Shown in pieces: positions 61,074-64,000 of a DNA stretch of 64,000 bases. Numbering within the stretch: the stretch's first letter is position 1; the number at the start of each line of letters is the position of its first letter. The position numbers and the translations under genes were made by a program. Origin of the DNA: Candidatus Methylomirabilia bacterium. Its GTDB lineage: Bacteria; Methylomirabilota; Methylomirabilia; Rokubacteriales; CSP1-6. The notes below the pieces were generated by a model. It was not told the origin of the DNA, ran no database searches, and saw only the letters and a list, made by a program, of their open reading frames with translations. Location: contig JBGQHJ010000004.1 of the NCBI GenBank assembly GCA_041497895.1, forward strand, positions 298 through 64,297, read 5' to 3'.

Positions 61074-61087
61074 GGTGATCGATCACC
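61074..61087. promoter_or_regulatory. 14-bp perfect palindrome GGTGATCGATCACC just upstream of the 61046 promoter; possible regulator site
   Basis: Lies 13-26 nt upstream of the -24 element. Confidence 0.25.
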
Positions 61088-61148
61088 CTCGATCCAGGAC
61101 ATTAGCCTCCATCCACCGTTGCGCTCCGGCTCGGTACCCGGGGCATCG

Positions 61149-61166
61149 CCGCCTCAGCTGAGGCGG
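61149..61166. promoter_or_regulatory. 18-bp perfect palindrome CCGCCTCAGCTGAGGCGG; candidate bEBP enhancer between divergent sigma-54 promoters
   Basis: Its CYCAGCTGRG core ends 79 nt upstream of the plus-strand -24 element, the same distance as the 59461 palindrome. The sequence between the conserved blocks has diverged. Confidence 0.4.
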
Positions 61167-61241
61167 TAATCTCCCGCACCGCCGAGGGCTCGATGCCCCG
61201 CTCGAGGTCAGCCCGCGTGCCTTTGCAAGGACTTGAGCGGA

Positions 61242-61257
61242 GGGCACAAAGCTTGCT
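61242..61257 (+). promoter_or_regulatory. Sigma-54 promoter upstream of the small 2-TM protein / lipoprotein / MlaC-like operon
   Basis: GGGCAC-aaagc-TTGCT, preceded by ACTTGAGCG (61231-61239). Predicted +1 is ~61268. GGAGGAAG is followed by ATG 61286. Confidence 0.65.
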
Positions 61258-61285
61258 CGCTCATACGGCGGTGGAGGAAGAGGCG

Positions 61286-61594
61286 ATGCGCTATCGATTC
61301 ACTCGCAGTTGGGGTCAGGCGTCGGTGATGGTCGGCGGGGGCGTGTTCGTAGTCGCCCTGATCCTCGCGTGGTGGCTCGGCTTCTCGAGCGACGACGGGT
61401 TCGAGCGCTTCTCCCCGGCGGTGCGCATCCTGGCCGCCCTGGTCGTGAGCTTGGCTGGGCTCCTGGTGGGGGGGACCATGATCGTGGCGGGACAGCTCGT
61501 CTCCGTGCTGCTCGACCAGCGCGCCCTGCTGGCGCAGATCCGCGAGGTGCTCACGGAGAAGGCCGGCGCGGGCGAGAAGGCCCTCGGTCGTTGA
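61286..61594 (+). CDS. Small membrane protein (102 aa); paralog of 59590..59901
   Basis: MRYRFTRSWGQASVMVGGGVFVVALILAWWLGFSS...GGTMIVAGQLVSVLLDQRALL. Confidence 0.65.
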   Translation: MRYRFTRSWGQASVMVGGGVFVVALILAWWLGFSSDDGFERFSPAVRILAALVVSLAGLLVGGTMIVAGQLVSVLLDQRALLAQIREVLTEKAGAGEKALGR

Positions 61595-61608
61595 CAGGAG
61601 GGAGATCG

Positions 61609-61869
61609 ATGCGCTACACGAGATCGACCGCAGCAGCGCTGATGCTCGCCGCCGCGGCAATATTCGTGGCGGGGTGCGCGACGGGTCGCATCGCCTGGGA
61701 GAAGGCCGGCATCACCCAGGCGGACCGGGAGCGGGACGAGAACGCGTGTCTCCGGTCCGCCATCACCGCGGATAGCGGTGGCGGGCAGTTGCTCGCCCCC
61801 TACTGCATCGACCGTGAGATCTACACTCGATGCATGGAAGGCCGCGGCTACACCGTTCATTCCCAGTGA
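61609..61869 (+). CDS. Small lipoprotein (86 aa), unknown function
   Basis: GGAGGGAG precedes ATG 61609. Signal peptide with lipobox FVAGC. Three further Cys residues. Confidence 0.6.
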   Translation: MRYTRSTAAALMLAAAAIFVAGCATGRIAWEKAGITQADRERDENACLRSAITADSGGGQLLAPYCIDREIYTRCMEGRGYTVHSQ

Positions 61870-62477
61870 AGCGATTCCTCACCCTGGGGGTGATCGGCCT
61901 GGCTTGCACGCTCGGCTGGGCGCCGGGGGCCGGCGGGGCCGGGTCGGGTCCGACCGAGCAGCTCAAGGGCGCCATCGACCGTGTGCTCCAGGTCCTGGAG
62001 GATCCGGCTCTCAAGGGTGAAGCGCGGGCCGCGGAGCGCCGTCGCGCGCTCAGACAGATCGCCGACGAGATCTTCGACTTCGACGAGACCGCGCGTCGGG
62101 CCATGGCGCAGCACTGGCGGACGCTCACCGAGGCCCAGCGCAAGGAGTTCGTCGAGCTCTTCAGCGATCTGCTGGAGCGCACCTACACGTCGAAGCTCGA
62201 GCTCTACGGCGGGGAGCGGATCCAGTACTCCGCCGCGCGGATCGAGGGCGACTTCGCCACCGTCTCCACCCGGCTCATCACGGAGAAGGGCACCGAGGTG
62301 CCGATCGACTACCGGATGCTCAGGCAGGGAGAGCGATGGCGGATCTACGACGTCAGCATCGAGGGAGTCAGTCTCGTCGCCAACTTTCGTGGGCAATTCA
62401 ACAACGTCATCCGCACCTCCTCCTACGACGAGCTCCTCCGGAGGCTGCGGAGCCGGGGCGCGGAGGTCCGGCCGTAG
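61866..62477 (+). CDS. MlaC/Ttg2D-family phospholipid-binding periplasmic protein
   Basis: GTG 61866 overlaps the upstream stop (GTGA). FDFDETARRAMAQHWRTLTEAQRKEFVELF and WRIYDVSIEGVSLVANFRGQF are typical of the Tgt2/MlaC family. Confidence 0.85.
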   Translation: MKRFLTLGVIGLACTLGWAPGAGGAGSGPTEQLKGAIDRVLQVLEDPALKGEARAAERRRALRQIADEIFDFDETARRAMAQHWRTLTEAQRKEFVELFSDLLERTYTSKLELYGGERIQYSAARIEGDFATVSTRLITEKGTEVPIDYRMLRQGERWRIYDVSIEGVSLVANFRGQFNNVIRTSSYDELLRRLRSRGAEVRP

Positions 62478-62514
62478 GTCACCCGCCAACCGGGACCGGC
62501 GGGCTCCCGGAGGA

Positions 62515-63069
62515 TCAGGCGGAATGCGACCAGGAGCGGACCCGCCCGACGTCCACGTGGACGAAGTCCGAGTCAGGGTAGTAGCCGACCCCACCCGCAC
62601 GGAGTGCCATGGCGGTGTCGCGGACGGCGCGAAGCAGGCGCCCCGGGACCCGGATGTCGATGGCCATGCCCACCACGTGCAGGCTGGTGGGCGAGACGCC
62701 GCTCGTGGTCGACACGAGCGAGGCATTCGTGGCCGGCGACCGGTACCCGGAGATGACCTCGAAGGGCTCGCGGGTGTCGAGCCGGCCATGGAGCTCGTCC
62801 AGCACCGCCAGCAGGCGCCGGTCGATCGGGTGTACCGCGTTGGTGCGATGGTCGCGCAGGAGGCGGTCGATCCGGCTCAGCCCCTCTCCCAGGTACCGTC
62901 CGGCGGCCCAGTAGGTCGCCCGCACGAACTCGCCGGTGTGGAGGCTGCGCAGCGCGAGCACCCGCGTGCCGGCCTCCGCCGCGATGCCCCGGGTCGGCAC
63001 GAGCAGGGCGGCCATTCCCGCGACGCCGAGCCGTACGAACCGCCGCCTCGCCCGGTTCCGATCAGTCAT
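62515..63069 (-). CDS. DUF882 / peptidase M15A family protein (YcbK-like) with a Tat signal
   Basis: 184 aa. Twin-arginine RRRFVRLG. SGYRSP...H..G.A.D and a C-terminal FVHVD motif. Confidence 0.85.
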   Translation of the reverse strand: MTDRNRARRRFVRLGVAGMAALLVPTRGIAAEAGTRVLALRSLHTGEFVRATYWAAGRYLGEGLSRIDRLLRDHRTNAVHPIDRRLLAVLDELHGRLDTREPFEVISGYRSPATNASLVSTTSGVSPTSLHVVGMAIDIRVPGRLLRAVRDTAMALRAGGVGYYPDSDFVHVDVGRVRSWSHSA

Positions 63070-64000
63070 CTCGCCCACTCCGATCCCCCTCGGCCAGCGC
63101 GGCGGCCAGCCGCCGGTCACGCCCGTAGACGTCCGCCCGGAACTGAACCGACCCGTCCGGCTCCACGAATGCCGTCCAGTACAGTATGTACACGGGTAGC
63201 GGCCGGGTGAGGGAAATTCGCTGCGTCTCGCCGGCGTCCAGGGCGTCGTCGAGGCGCCGCCGGGTCCATCCCTGCGCCTCGTCCTCGAGCACGTGGACGG
63301 CCAGGTCATCGGCCCGCTCCACCCGGATGCACCCATGGCTGGCCGTCCGCACCGGCCGCGCGAACAGTGCCCGGGTCGGCGTGTCGTGCAGGTACACGTC
63401 GAAGCGGTTCGGGATGTCGAGCTTGATGCGGCCCAGTGGGTTGTCGGGCCCGGGCTGCTGCTGCAGCCGGAACGGGAAGCGATCCGCGGGGATCGCGGCC
63501 CAGTCGATCGCGAGCCCGAACGGATCGCTCTCGCGCCGCTCCAGCACCACGATGTCGTTCTCGGCCAGATAGCGACGATTCTCGCGAAGCCGGGGCAGGA
63601 CCTCCTCGACCGCGATGGAGGTCGGCACGTTCCAGCGCGGGTGGAGAACGATCGCGTCCACCCAGGCCTGTACCACCGGCGTCGGATGCCGGAGATCGCC
63701 GACCACGACCCGCGAGGTCAGCACCGGGCGCCCGTCCACGACGACGTGGAGGCGCGCGTCGGGCACGTTGACCACGACGTGGTGGCGCCCGAGCTCCCGC
63801 GGCAGCCAGCGCCACCGCTCCAGGTTCACGACGATCTGCCGGATGCGGTCGGTCACCGGGACGTTCAGGGCCTCGACGGTCGCGGGACCCACGATCCCGT
63901 CGACGGCGAGCCCGTGGCGCGCCTGGAAGCGGCGCACGGCCTCGGCGAGCAGGTCATCGTAACGGACGTCGGCCCGGTGCGACACCAGCTCGTCCTCGGC
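63062..64000 (-). CDS. L,D-transpeptidase (YcbB/LdtD-like: PG-binding plus YkuD domains); N-terminus lies outside the window
   Basis: Contains the PG_binding_1 motif FQARHGLAVDGIVGPAT and the YkuD catalytic motif HDTP...ASHGCIRV. The frame remains open to the window edge. Confidence 0.85.
   Translation of the reverse strand, partial: AEDELVSHRADVRYDDLLAEAVRRFQARHGLAVDGIVGPATVEALNVPVTDRIRQIVVNLERWRWLPRELGRHHVVVNVPDARLHVVVDGRPVLTSRVVVGDLRHPTPVVQAWVDAIVLHPRWNVPTSIAVEEVLPRLRENRRYLAENDIVVLERRESDPFGLAIDWAAIPADRFPFRLQQQPGPDNPLGRIKLDIPNRFDVYLHDTPTRALFARPVRTASHGCIRVERADDLAVHVLEDEAQGWTRRRLDDALDAGETQRISLTRPLPVYILYWTAFVEPDGSVQFRADVYGRDRRLAAALAEGDRSGRDD

Overview
High-GC (~70%) bacterial chromosomal segment that is densely coding. 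I recognised no rRNA, tRNA, CRISPR array, transposase or integrase. I support 68 CDS.

The first ~13 kb is ordinary metabolism and transport: an enolase-superfamily enzyme, a molybdopterin oxidoreductase, a Liv-type ABC transporter with an acyl-CoA ligase, rfbA and a family-5 solute-binding protein.

From ~13 kb to ~62 kb the content changes to a stress or dormancy-like island:
- 5 universal stress proteins (USP), 7 stand-alone CBS-pair proteins and 2 Hsp20 proteins.
- ADP-forming acetyl-CoA synthetase, pfkA, ppsA and a malic enzyme.
- mgtA, a formate/nitrite transporter, an RND efflux pump, and rtcB with archease.
- Lipid-remodelling genes: a PLD/cardiolipin synthase, an ACP-FAAL-acyltransferase fusion and a bacterial CDP-archaeol-synthase homolog.
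- Many small DUF proteins.

The main observation is that 13 intergenic, correctly oriented matches to the sigma-54 -24/-12 consensus (TGGCAC-N5-TTGCW) precede almost every operon of this island. Four of them form divergent pairs, and several have conserved upstream palindromes that could be enhancer sites. No sigma-54 activator (bEBP) gene lies in the window.

All calls come from reading the sequence and ORF translations by eye. No database search was run. Start codons are often uncertain.
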